The position numbers and the translations under genes are program-made. Of a DNA stretch of 64,000 bases, positions 26,721 to 44,039 are shown piece after piece. The notes beneath the pieces are model-generated. The model made no database searches. It was not told where the DNA came from and saw nothing but the letters and a program-made list of their open reading frames with translations. This DNA is from the human T2T-CHM13v2.0 reference genome, Homo sapiens, in NCBI RefSeq assembly GCF_009914755.1, contig NC_060947.1. The stretch is one strand, 5' to 3'. Each line of letters opens with the position of its first letter. The stretch's first letter is position 1.

Positions 26721-26898
26721 TATTAGAAAATATATAAATGAGTATTCTTTGTTTTGAGATATAATTCTCCTCAGTTGCATACTATAAAAGTCACCCTTTC
26801 AAAGTGTACACTTCAGTTTTTTAGTGTATTTACAGAGTTGTGCAACCATCATTCCTACCTAATTACACAACATTTTCATCACCTCAAAAAGAAACCCA

Positions 26899-27907
26899 GC
26901 GAATAGGAACAGCTCCAGTCTATAGCTCCCAGCGTGAGTGACGCAGAAGACGGGTGATTTCTGCATTTCCAACTGAGGTACCGGGTTCATCTCACTGGGG
27001 AGTGCTGGACAGTGGGTGCAGGACAGTGGGTGCAGCACACCCTGCGTGAGCCAAAGCAGGGCGAGGCATCACCTCACCCGGGAAGTGCAAGGGGGCAGGG
27101 AATTCCCTTTCCTAGTCAAAGAAAGGGGTGACAGACGGCACCTGGAAAATTGGGTCACTCCCACCCTAATACTGTGCTTTTCCAATGGGCTTAACAAACA
27201 GCACACCAGGAGATTATATCCCGCACCTGGCTCGGAGGGTCCTATGCCCACAGAGCCTCGCTCATTGCTAGCACAGCAGTCTGAGATCAAACTGCAAGGT
27301 GGCAGTGAGGCTGGGGGAGGGGTGCCCACCATTGCTGAGGCTTCAGCAGGTAAACAAAGTGGCCAGGAAGCTCAAACTGGGTGGAGCCCACCACAGCTCA
27401 AGGAGACCTGCCTGCCTCTGTAGGCTCCACTTCTGGGGGCAGGGCACAGATGAACAAAAGGCAGCAATATCCTCTGCAGACTTAAATGTCCCTGTCTGAC
27501 AGCTTTGAAGAGAGTAGTGTTTCTCCCAGCACACAGCCTGAGATCTGAGAATGGGCAGACTGCCTCCTCAAGTGGGTCCCTGGCCCCTGAGTAGCCTAAC
27601 TGGGAGGCACCCCCCAGTAGGGATGGACTGACACCTCACACGGCCGGGTACTCCTCTGAGACAAAACTTCCAGAGGAACAATCAGGCAGCAGCATTTGCG
27701 GTTCACCAATATCCACTGTTCTTCAGCCACCGCTGCTGATACCCAGGCAAACAGGGTCTGGAGTGGACCTCCAGCAAACTCCAACAGACCTGCTGCTGAG
27801 GGTCCTGACTGTTAGAAGGAAAACGAACAAACAGAAAGGACATCAATACCAAAAACCCATCTGTACGTCACCATCATCAAAGACCAAAGGTAGATAAAAC
27901 CACAAAG
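26899..27907. promoter_or_regulatory. L1 5'UTR bidirectional promoter (sense promoter plus antisense promoter, ASP)
   Basis: Canonical primate L1 5'UTR with SOX-type AACAAA motifs (~27354, ~27453). The first ~20 nt, including the YY1 site, are absent. Confidence 0.8.
27069..27332 (-). CDS. ORF0: L1 antisense ORF0, intact, 87 aa
   Basis: MVGTPPPASLPPCSLISDCCASNERGSVGIGPSEPG...IRVGVTQFSRC matches primate L1 ORF0. The ATG sits in a strong context (GCAATGG). Donors CCAG|GTGCGG (GT at 27226-27225) and CCAG|GTGCCG (27141-27140) are present. Expression is unproven. Confidence 0.75.
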   Translation of the reverse strand: MVGTPPPASLPPCSLISDCCASNERGSVGIGPSEPGAGYNLLVCCLLSPLEKHSIRVGVTQFSRCRLSPLSLTRKGNSLPPCTSRVR

Positions 27908-28924
27908 ATGGGGGAAAAAACAGAGCAGAAAAACCGGAAACTAAAAATCAGAGCACCTCTCCTCCTCCAAAGGAACACAGCTCCTCACCAGCAATGGAAC
28001 AAAGCTGGATGGAGAATGACTTTGACGAGTTGAGAGAAGAAGGCTTCAGAAGATCAAACTACTCCGAGCTAAAGGAGGAAGTTCGAACCAATGCCAAAGA
28101 AGTTAAAAACTTTGAAAAAAAATTAGACGAATGGATAACTAGAATAACCAATGCAGAGAAGTCCTTAAAGGACCTGATGGAGCTGAAAACCACAGCACGA
28201 GAACTACGTGACGAATGCACAAGCCCCAGTAGCCAATGCAACCAATTAGAAGAAAGGATATCAGCGATGGAAGACAAAATGAATGAAATGAAGCGAGAAG
28301 AGAAGTTTAGAGAAAAAAGAATAAAAAGAAAAGAAACAAAGCCTCCAAGAAATATGGGACTATGTGAAAAGACCAAATCTATGTCTGATTGGTGTACCTG
28401 AAAGTGACGGGGAGAATGGAACCAAGTTGGAAAACACTCTGCAGGATATCATCCAGGAGAACTTCCCCAATCTAGCAAGGCAGGCCAACATTCAAATTCA
28501 GGAAATACAGAGAATGCCACAAAGATACTCCTCGAGAAGAGCAACTCCAAGACACACAATTGTCAGATTCACCAAAGTTGAAATGAAGGAAAAAATATTA
28601 AGGGCAGCCAGAGAGAAAGGTCGGGTTACTCACAAAAGGAAGCCCATCAGACTAACAGCGGATCTCTTGGCAGAAACTCTACAAGCCAGAAGAGAGTAGG
28701 CACCAATATTCAACATTCTTAAAGAAAAGGATTTTCAACCCAGAATTTCATATCCAGCCAAACTAAGCTTCATAAGTGAAGGAGAAATAAAATACTTTAC
28801 AGACAAGCAAATGCTGAGAGATTGTTTCACCACCAGGCCTGCCCTAAAAGAGCTCCTGAAGGAAGCACTAAACATGGAAAGGAACAACCGGTACCAGCCA
28901 CTGCAAAAACATGCCAAACTGTAA
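27908..28924 (+). pseudogene. L1 ORF1 (frameshifts plus premature stop at 28697-28699)
   Basis: ATG at 27908. Fragments EQSWMENDFDELREEGFRR...REKRIKR and KRPNLCLIGVPESDGENG...LQARRE*. The native stop is at 28922-28924. Confidence 0.92.
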
Positions 28925-28987
28925 AGACCATCAAGGCTACAAAGAAACTGCATCAACTAACGAGCAAAATAACCAGCTAACATCATA

Positions 28988-32811
<3,824 letters not shown>

Positions 32812-34159
32812 ACAATGAGAACACATGGACACAGGAAGGGGAACATCACACACTGGGGCCTGTTGTGGGGTGGGGGGAGCGGGGAGGGATAGCATTAGGA
32901 GATATACCTAATGCTAAATGACGAGTTAATGGGTGCAGCACACCAACATGGCACATGTATACACATGTAAGAAACCTGCACATTGTGCACATGTGCCCTA
33001 AAACTTAAAGTATAATAATAATAAAATAAAATAAAATAAAGAAACCCAATAACCATTGGCACTTAATCTTATTTCATTCTCTCTCTGAGCGCTGGTAACA
33101 ATTCATCAACTTTTTGTCTGTGGATGTGCCTGTGTTTGACATTTCATAAAATTGAATCATTCATATGTAGCCTTTTTTTGGGGTCTGATTTTTTCCACTT
33201 ACCATAATGTTTTCAAGATTCTTCCAAGTTGTAGCATGTATCAATACTTCATTTTTTATGGCTGAATAATATTTCATTATATGAATATATCACATTTTAT
33301 TTATCCATTCATCAGTTGATGGCAATTTGACTGTTATAATTAATGCTGCTATGAACATTTGTATATAAGTGTTTTTGTGAACATACATTTTCACCTCTCC
33401 TGGTTATATGCCAAGGAGTGGAATTCCTAGGTCATTTGGTAAATCTGTATTTAACTTTTTGAAGAACTGCCAGACTGTTTTCCGAAGTGGCTGAGCCATT
33501 TGACATTACTCCTAGCAATGTAGCGTTCCAATTTCTCCACATTCTCACCAAGACTTGTTCTTGTCAGATATATAATTTGCAAGTATTTTTCTCCCATTCT
33601 GTAAATTGTATTTTCACTTTATTCGTGGTGTTTTTTGAAGCACAAATATTTCAAATTTTGATAGATTTCCATTTATCTATTTTTCTTTTGTTTCTTCATC
33701 TTTAAAGATCACGTCTAAAACATAATTGCCACATTCAAGGTAACAATGACTTTTGCCTGTGTTTTCTTCTAAGAATGTTATAACTTTAGCTCTTACATTT
33801 AGGCATTTGATCAATTTTTTTTTTTTTTTTTTTGCTAATTTTTGTATAGGGTGTGAGGCAAGGGTCCAATAGTTACTTCATTATTTATTGAAAAGACTGT
33901 AGTTTCCCCAAAGTGTTATCTTGGCATCCTAGTAAAAATAATTAACCATAGTTTCTTTCTGGACTCTCAGTTTAACACCATTGATGTATGTGCCTGAGGA
34001 TATTTTGATGATTTCATAAATGAAGTAGTTTCTTAATTTTATTTTCAGATCGTTGCTTATAGAGTTATCTTAAGATCCCACAAATTAAATACATATATAT
34101 TTGATTAAACAATATGTGTAATCTTTGCATTCAAAATTGTATTAAGTGCTAATATATTG

Positions 34160-37100
34160 AATATACACAGTCAGGATGGGGCAGTGAGACTATCAAGTCT
34201 GGAGATGAGAGGCAAGTGAATTTCACTTCCACTGGCCAAGGCTGTTGCACTGGAACTGCCCCCTCTCCCTATGCTGAGAACTCAGCAGAGCAGCACTGAT
34301 CCTCAGTCTGGTATTTTGCCACAAGCCTGAAGACGATCCTGCCCCCCGCCCCCATCAAGGTAGATGCCTGCATCTGCCATCGGGGGGCATGAGTGCAGGT
34401 TTCCAAGGTCCAGCTCTACCCGGCTTAGTCAACCTTCTCTGAGACAGAGGATGCCACCCAGGCCCCTGAGCATTCCTTGGTCTGACTCACCACCTGGGAC
34501 ACCAGAGCACTTCTCCTGCTTAACAAAGATCAAGCATAAAACCTATTGTGACCACCACAGCTGGTTTTTACCTACAGGCACCACCTACTGGTCTGGAGGT
34601 TGGCCTATACAGCCCATTACAATGACTGCTGACACAAGATTACAGTGCTGTGGAAGGAGACAAGTTACTTGCAACCACTGGTACCCCAGCTGCTCAGGAG
34701 GTCATGAATCTGCTCACCCACCCTGTACACTGCTACTGTAATCAGCATTTGAAAAAGCCACCATATGATGGGTAATTATAGCCAAAAAAATTATAGAGTC
34801 TTTGCCACTGCACACACACGGAAGTGAAGACAAAGAGCCCTACTCAACATGCATTACAGATACATCCTCGAGAAAAATAAGACCTGCCATAATGAAAGTA
34901 AGTTAAAAAATAACAAGAAGCAATTGTTACTCAATGTGTGTAGAAATCAGTGTAATAATACAGAAAGCGTGAAAAAGTCACGTATTATGACACTGCCAAA
35001 TGAACACTATAACTCTCTAGCAATGGAGCCTAATCAAAAAAAAAAAACCCTCAAAATGCTAAATAAAAATGCAAAATATTGATTTTTTTTATTTTAATAG
35101 CTTTTGGGGCACAAGTGGTTTTTGGTTACAGGGATGAATGGTGTAGTGGTGAACTCTAGGATTTCAGTGTACCCATCACCCAAGTAGCATACATTGTACT
35201 GAATATGTAGTTTTTTATCTCTTACCCTCCCTCCCAATCTCCCCCTTCTGAGTTTCCAAAGTCCATTATAGCACTAGCTATGCCTTTGCATACCCATAGC
35301 TTCAGCTCCAACCTATAAGTGAGAACATATGGCATTTGATTTTCCATCCTAAGTTACTTCAGTTAGAATAATGACACCCAGCTCCATCTGAGTAGGTTTG
35401 AAAAACATTATTTCATTCTTTTTTTGTGGCTGTAGCTGAGTAGTATTCCATGGTGTATATATAGCACATTCTCTTTATCCACTCATTCATCAGTGGACAC
35501 TTAGGTTGGTTCCATATCTTCACAATTGTGAATTGTACTGTGATTAACATACTAGTGCAGCTGTATTTTTGATATAATGACTTATTTTTCTTTGGGTAGA
35601 TACGCAGTAGTGTGATTGCTGGATCACATAGTAGATCTACTTTAGTCCTTTAATAACTCTCCTCTACTATTTTTCATAGCGGATGCACTGCTTTTCACCA
35701 CATCCATGCCAACATCTATTGATTTTTAACTTTTTAATAATGGCAATTCTTGCAGGGGTAAGGTACTATCTCCTTGTGGTTTTAATTTGCATTTCCATGA
35801 AAATTAGTGATGTTGAGCATTTTTTCATATATATTTATTGGCCGTTTGTACATCTTCTTTTGAGAATTGTCTCTTCACGTCCTTTGCCCACTTTTTGAAG
35901 GGATTATTTGTTTTTTTCTTGCTGATTTATTTGAGTTCCCTATAGATTCTGGATATTAGTCCTTTGTCAGATGTATAGTTTGTGAATATTTTCTCTCACT
36001 CTGTGGGTTGTCTGTTTAGTCTGCTGATTATTTCTTTTGCTAGGTAGAAGCTTCTTAGTTTAATTAGGTCCCATGTATTCATTTTTGGTTTTGTTGCATT
36101 TGCTTTTTGGATCTTAGTCATAAATTCCTCGCCTAGGCAAATGTCCAGGAGAGTTTTTCATAGGTTATGTTCCAGAATTTTTATGGTTTCAGGCCTTAGA
36201 TATAGGTCTTTGAACCATTTTGAGTTGATATTTGTATAAGGTGAGAGATAGGGATCCAGTTTCATTCTTCTGGATATAACTATCCAGTTTTCCCAGCACC
36301 ATTTATTAAATAGGTTATCCTTTACCCAATTCATGTTTGTGTATGGTTTCTCAAAGATCAGTTGGTTTTAATTATTTGGCTTTAATTCAGGGTTCTCTAT
36401 TCTGTTCCATTGGTCTGTCTATGTGCGTACTTTTATACCAGTGCCATGTCGTTTTGGCAACTATAACCTTGTATTATAATTTGAAGTCAGGTAACATGAT
36501 GCTTCCAAATTTGTTCTTTTTGTTTAGGATTACTTTGGTTATTGGGGTTCTCTTTTGGTTCCATATGAATTTTAGGATTATTTTATCCAATCCTGTGAAA
36601 AATTATGTTGGTATTTTTATAGGAATTGCATTGAATCCATAGGTTGCTTTGGGCAGTATGGTCATTTTCATAATATTGAGTCTTCCAATCCATGAGCATG
36701 AGATGTGTTTCCATTTGTTTGTGTTATCTATGATTTCTCTCAGGAGTGTTTTGTAATTATCCTTTTAGAATTTTTTTATGTCCTTGATTAAGTATATTTC
36801 AAGGCATTTTTTTGCAGCAATTGTAAAAGGAATCCAGTTCTTCATTTGATTCTCAGCTTGGCCATTGTTGGTGTACAGCAGTGCTACTTATTTGTGTACA
36901 TTGACTTTGTAACCTGAGACTTTAGTTAATTCATTTTTTCAAATCTAGGAGGCTTTTGGAGGAGTGTTTAGGTTTTTTCTACATATATTATCATACAATA
37001 AGCAAACAACAATAGTCTGACTATCTCTTTTCCAATTTGAATGCCCTTTATTTCTTTATCTTGGATGACTGCTCTGGCTAGGACTTCCACTACCATGTTG

Positions 37101-40100
37101 AATAAAAATGGTTGAAGTAGGCATCTTTGTCTTAATCTGTTTCTCAGGGAGAATGCTTTCAGTTTTTCCCCATTCAGCATGATGTTGGCCGTAGGTTTTC
37201 CTATATGGCTTTTATTATTTTAAAGTACATCCCTTCTATACCTAGTTTGTTTAAGGTTTCTTATCATAAAGGGGTACTGGATTTTATTTTGTGTTTTTTC
37301 TGCACCTATTGAGATGATTACATGGTTTTTGTTTTTAATTCTGTTTATGTAGTGTATCAAATTTATTGGCTTGCATATGCTAAACCATCCTGGCATCCCT
37401 GGGATAAAACCCACTTGATCACGGTGTATTATCTTTCTGATGTGTTGTTGGGTTTGGTTAGCTAATACAAAATATTGACTTTAAAGAGGTTCAATGGTAC
37501 AAGAGAAATCTGAAAGCCAATATAGAGAAATCATAAAATCAACTTGGGATACGAATAAGAAATTTACCAAACAGATAAATTCCAAACAAAAAACAAAAGC
37601 AAAAACAAAAACAAAAAACAAAAAAAATCTGAAAAATAGTAATTATGAAAGAAATTACAAAATACACTTGAAAGCTTGGACAACCGACTAGACAAAGCAA
37701 AAGACAGAATCTGAGTATTTGAAAACAGGCCTTTTGAATTAATTCAGTCAGACAAAAATAAAGTAAAAAGAATATAAAATAATAAACAGGGGGTTAGAGA
37801 CATATGAGACTATATCAAGTAAATTTAAGAATTATTGGTGTTCCCAAGGAGGAAGAAAACTTTTTAAGTTTACAAAATCTATTTAAAGTAATAATTGATG
37901 AAAACTTCCCAAGTCTGACATGAGATATACACATTCAGATACATGAGGCCTAGTGATCCTCAGACACATAAATGAGAAGATGGACTTCACCATGCCATAT
38001 AGACATTATACTGTCTAAAATCCACATGATGGAAAAATTCTAAAATCACCAAAAGAAAAGTATCTAGTCAGACGAACAGAAATCCATCAGACAAACGAGA
38101 TCTTCTCAACAGAAACCTTACTAGCCAGAAGAAAATAGCTTGATATTTTCAAAGTGCTGAAAGAACAAAAATCAGCCAATAATTTTATATCCAGCTAGAA
38201 TAAACTTCATAAATAAAGGCAAAAGAACGTCTTTACCAGACAAGCAAACACTGAGTGAATTTGTCACCATTGGAACCATCCAAGAAGAAATGCTCAAAGG
38301 ACTCCTAAACAAAAAAACAGAAGGTTGATATTTGCCATCAGAAAAACACATGAAAGTAGAAAGCTCATAGGTCTCATGAAACAATCACACAAAGAGGAAG
38401 ATAAATAATTCAATTGGCAAATTGACTGAATTCCACCTAAACACAAAGACAGACAGAGATATATAAAGGAACAAATAATCCATGTAACAACTGGATAACA
38501 ATTAACTTTATGAAAGAAATAAAACTTCACATATCAATATTAATTTTGAATATAAATAGATTAAATGCTCCAATCAAAACATATAGTTTGGCTTAATGAG
38601 TAAAAAAAAAAACAAACAAACATGATCTAACTATACACTGCTTATAAGAAATTCACCTTGTCAGGACAGGCACTGGGAGACTGAAAGTAAAGGGATTACA
38701 AAAATACTCCATGCAAACGGAGAAGAAAAGTGAGCAGGAGTAGCTACAGTTACATCAGATAACAAACATTAAATCAAGAACAGGAAAAAGAGACAAAGAA
38801 GGTCATTATATAATGATAAAGAAATCATTTAGCAGGAGGATCCAGCAACCCTAAAATATATGCACCTAACACAAAAATACCCAGGTCCATAAGACAGACA
38901 TTACTAGACCTAAAGAAAGAAATTGACAGTAGTACAATAATACTGGGAGACTTCGAGGTTATTATTACCGTAATTCCAAACCCAAAGACATAACAGAAAA
39001 AGAAAACTAAAGATCAATATCCCTGATTAATGTAGATGCAAAAATCCTCAACAAAATGCTAACAAACCAAATCCAACAACACATTAAAAAGGTAAAACAC
39101 CATTATCAAATTGGTTTTGTACTAAGGATGCAAGGATGGTTCTACATACTAAATCAATAAATGTGATATGTCACATCAGTAAAATTAAGGACAAAATCCA
39201 AATGATCATCTCAATTGATGCAGAAAAACTTTTAGATAAAATCCAACATTCCTTCACAATAAAAATTCTCAACAAACTAGGCATAGCAGGAACATACCTC
39301 AAAATAATAAAGACCATATACTACAACTACCCAGCCAACATCATACTGAACTGGGGCAAGTTGAAAGCATTCCTTCTAAGAATTAGAACAAGAGAAGGAT
39401 TCCAACTTTTACACTACTCCTATTCAACATAGCACTGGAAGTCCTAGTCAGAGCAATTAGGCAAGAGAAAGAAAAAAAAAGGCATCCAAATTTTAAAAAA
39501 AAGAATGTCAAATGATTTCTGTTCACTGATAATATAATCTTATATTTGGAACACCCTATAGATTCCATAATTAACTCTTAGATTTCATAAATGAATTCAG
39601 TAAAGTTTCAGGGTACAGCATCAATGTACAAATATCCATAGTGTTTCCATACACCAATGAAAATCTACTGGAGAAATAAATCAAGAAGGCAATCCATTTT
39701 ACAATAGCTACCAAAAACCCTAGGAATTTATTTAACCAAGGAGAGGAAAGATTTCTACAAGGAAAACTACAAAGCACTGATGAAAGAAAATGTAGATGAC
39801 ACAAACAAATGGAAAACATCCCATGTTCATGAATCAGAGAATATCATTAAAATTACCATGCTGTCAAAGCAATCTACAGATTCAATGTAATCTCTATCAA
39901 AATTCCCGTGTAATTTTTCACAGAAATAGGAAAAACAATCCTAAAATTCATATGGAACCAAAAAAGAGCCAGAATAACCAACACAATCCTAAGGAAGAAG
40001 AAAAAAGCTGGAGGCATCTCATTACCTGAATTCAAATTATACTACAATGCTTTAGTAACCAAAACAACATGTTACTGGTATAAACATAGACACATAGACC

Positions 40101-41420
40101 AATAGAACAGAACAAAGAACCCAGACATAAAACCATGTATCCACAGCCAACTGATTGTTTACAAAGTCAACAAAAATATACACTGGGATAAAGTCACTCT
40201 TTTAAAATATAGTGCTGGGAAAGTTAGATGCCATGTGCAGAAGAATGTAACTAGACCCATATCTCTCACCAAATACAAAAATCAACTAAAGCTGGATTAA
40301 AGACTTAAATGTAAGAACTGAAGCTATAAAAATACTGAACAAAACCTAGGGAAAATCCTTGTGGACATTGGGGTAGGCAAAGAATTTATGACTATGACCC
40401 CAAAAGCCTAAGAAATGAAAATAAAAATAGGCAAATAAGACTTAAACATACAAAAAGCTTTTGAACACCAAAAGAAATAATCAACAGAATGAACAGACAA
40501 CCTGAGAATGAGAGAAAATACTTGTAAGCTATGCATCCAACAGGAAACTGATATTCAGAATATGCAAAGAACTAAAAAACTCAACAACTCCCATTAAAAA
40601 ATGGAAAAGACATGAATAAACATTTTTCTAAAGAAGACATACCAACATTACTAATCATCAGAGAAATGCAAAATAAAACCACAATGAAATACCATCTTAT
40701 CCCAGTCAGAATTGTTATTATTAAAAAGACAAAAATAACATAGGTTGGTGAGGATGTAGAGAAAAGGGAACACTTATACACTGTTGGTGGAAATGTAAAT
40801 TAGTACAACTTCTAGGGAAAACACTATGGAGATTTCTAAAAAATAACTAAAAAGAGAACTGCCATCTGATCCAGGAATCCCATTACTGGGTATCTATCCA
40901 AAGTAATAAAAATCATTTTCATAAAAAGATATCTGTGCTCATATGTATATTGCACCATTATTCACAATAGCAAATATATAGAATCAACCTAAGTGTCCAC
41001 CAATGAATAATTGGATAAAGAAAATATGGTATATATACACAATGGAATACTTCAGCCATAAAAAGTATGAAATTAGGTACTTTGCAGGAACATGGATAGA
41101 ATTAAAGAACAATATCGTAAGTGACATAACCTAGAAACACAAAGTCAAATGCCACATATTTGTACTTATAAGTTGTAACTAAACAATGTGTACATATGAA
41201 CATAGAGTATGTAATGATAGACATTGAAGAATCAGAAGAGTGAGAGAGGTTCGAGGGGAGTGAATGATGAAAAATTACTTAATGGGTACAATGTACATTT
41301 TTCCAAGGATAGATACACTAAAAGCCCAGATTTCACCACTATGCAACAAATATATCCATGTGACAATTTGCACTTGTACCCCTCAAATATATACAAATAA
41401 AAATACATAAATAATAAAAT
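34160..41420 (+). mobile_element. L1PB4-like near-full-length L1 (34160-35082 and 37468-41420) with an internal ORF2 deletion
   Basis: 5'UTR and ORF1/ORF2 remnants (ORF 39136 [16 protein letters not shown]). 3'UTR ATTACTTAATGGGTACAATGTACA...CTAAAAGCCCAGATTTCACCACTATGC. Confidence 0.8.
35083..37467 (-). mobile_element. 5'-truncated L1PB2/3
   Basis: L1PB 3'UTR and RT remnants (ORF 36968 [12 protein letters not shown]). TSD CAAAATATTGA at 35072-35082 and 37468-37478. Confidence 0.88.
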
Positions 41421-41429
41421 AGCTAATTA

Positions 41430-42620
41430 TATGTCTTTTCTAGAAAGTATAAAGTTTGTTTCTTCAGTGTCAGTTTTCCTTGACAGGGTTTATCCCTGTG
41501 TATGGACTATACAATACCATTTATTTGTATATCTCATAATTTTTGAAGAAAGTTTAACAATTTTAATAATATAATGTGGCAACCCTGGGAATCTCTTTCC
41601 CCTTTTCAGCTCCAGGTTATTTTGTTATTGCTTTTTGTTGTTATTGTTCTCGTTGATTGTTTATTGACTTTTCTGAGCTATTTTGTAACATCTGCATGCT
41701 TATGATATGTGAACACTTAAGTGTCTACTTGGTTAGCTTAGTGGTCTAGTAATATTTTACAGGGATTTCTGTAAACATCTTGGCCTGTGTGTCTTCCAGA
41801 TTTTGTAGAGGAGCTTTGTGTGTGCATGTGTTGTGGTATGCCTTCAATGCTCAGGCAGGCACTTTACAATTCTGTCTAGCCTTCACTTCCTACTTGTGCA
41901 GAGATGCAAGGTAAGCCAGAATTGAGAGTTTAGGGATTTCTCAGGATTTATATGCACAGTGTTGGGCATGCACACAGCCCTGCATATGTGCCTTTCTACC
42001 TAGATTTCCAGGAATCTGTCAGAAATTTTTAATGCCCCCTATTGACATCTCATTCTGTTTCTCTTTTAAGGATTTTTTTGTCAGCTTCTTGTTTTCCCCA
42101 GCTCTTATAGTCACCTAAGCCACCTGCAATGTTGTAGATAGTTGCTCATTGTTTTAAACAAATTCCCCCAAAGCAAAAGTTGTTTGTGCTGAATCAGCTC
42201 TGAGTCAGATTAGGTGAAGACATGCCCTGTGAGTGAGGGTCGATAAGGAGATGCCAGTTAGTTCAAATAATGATAATTCTTTCAGAATGAGGTTTTTGGG
42301 GGGAGATCCAAGCCCATTTTGCTTTGTTCAGTAGTGCTAAACATCCGATTTTTGCCATGGGACTGTTGGTTTTCAAGGAGCTAATCAGAGGGGGATGCAA
42401 ATAGGACAATTTAAATCACAACTAAGCTTACCATTCTTAGAAAGATTCAACAGTTTATCTTGAATAAGTGCTCTTTAGATTGTTGTAAGCCTTTTATTAA
42501 CTTTCAGAGATTTGAAATTGTTGATTTTGCCTTTTTTTTGTTTTTTTTGCTGGTGTTTTCAGCTTTTATGGAAAAACGGATTCTCGGATGTACTTATTTT
42601 GCCACTTCTGATGATGTCAA
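41430..42620 (-). mobile_element. L1MC/L1MD 5' region (L1MDa/L1MCa-like)
   Basis: CTCTGAGTCAGATTAGGTGAAGACA...AAGCCTTTTATTAACTTTCAGAG...TTTGCCACTTCTGATGATGTC terminus. Confidence 0.6.
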
Positions 42621-44039
42621 TCCTAGAAGAATATCTTTTATTAATTAGGTTAAAATAATTTCTACAAAAGTTATAAAATATAAAAAGCATATATCAAAAG
42701 GTAATAATTGGAAAAAATTACATTAAAATTTTAGAAAGAATGACATGTGCCAAGTGACTATTAACAAGCTTAAGAGACAACTCACAGACTAGAAGAAGAT
42801 AATTGCAGCACACAGGACATACAATGGGTTAATATCAAAAATATATATAAATTACTCAAAAAAATTTAAGAAAAAAGACAATTCAAAAGGAAAAAGGAAT
42901 GAGCAAAATACATGAATAGGCAATTCACAAAAGTAGAAACTGATATATTCAGTCTACATGTAATTATGACCTCCTCCTGACTATTGTACTGGCTGGAGTC
43001 TATTATTTTAAGCAACAGATTAAAAATTCTAGTGACTATAAGCAAAAACAAATAGCTGAATGTACAGCTCATAGAATCAATCCCTGGAAGACTAAGGATT
43101 AAAAAATAATCAGAAACAAAGGGAGCATACCCTCTGCCAAGACCCCACCATAGGAAAGTCTTAATAAGGCCCTGCTAATGAAAGAAACACATGTTATTAT
43201 CACTGCTAGCATCACCGTTATGCACTCTTAAATTTAATGTAGCAGCTGTGGAAAGATATGAGAACATCCAACTGTTGGGCTTAAATAAAATTATTATTCC
43301 TTAGATGCCAGAGAACTGAGAAAAGAAACATCTGTTTCTGCTTCCCACTCTCAAATTTTGTAGTAGGAGGGAGATCCTGTCTTTAACCTATCTTGGTTTC
43401 CTCCAAATTTGAAATGGGTTTAGATACTAAAAATTCTCATTCCCCAAAATGAAAAATATCTGTTTCATGGATAATCATGGAAGTTGATGTTAAAACAACA
43501 ATTAGATCTCATCTACTGTAGTAGCAAAAATTAAAAGTCTTACAACACCAGGAGCTAGTTGAAATGCAGAGAAATAAGGACTCTAATACATCTTTTGGTG
43601 GGAATGCAAATTTTTTACTAAATTTTTTATTTTTAATTTTTGTGGGTACATAGTAGGTGTACATATTTGCAAGCTACACAAGATGTTTTGATATAGGCAT
43701 GCAACATGAAATAATCACATCATGGAGAATGGAATATCAATTCCCACAATCATTTATCTTTTGTGTTATGCGCCTCCAATAACACACTTTTAGTTATTTT
43801 TAAATGTACAATTAAGTTATTATTGAATATAGTCACCCTGCTGTGCAGTCAAATAATAGGTCTTATTCATTCTTTCTACATTAACCATCCTCATTTCCAC
43901 CCCCTCCTGCAACCTACTACCCTTCCAAGCTTCTAATAACCATCCTTCTACTCTCTATGTTTATGAGATCAATTGTTCTGACTTACAGATTCCACAGATA
44001 AGTGAGAACATGTGATATTTGTCTTTCTGTGCCTGGATT

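Noticed and set aside
27016-27499. 135-aa and 66-aa sense ORFs in the L1 5'UTR
   Set aside because: Both start at GTG in GC-rich UTR, antisense to ORF0, with no evidence of function.
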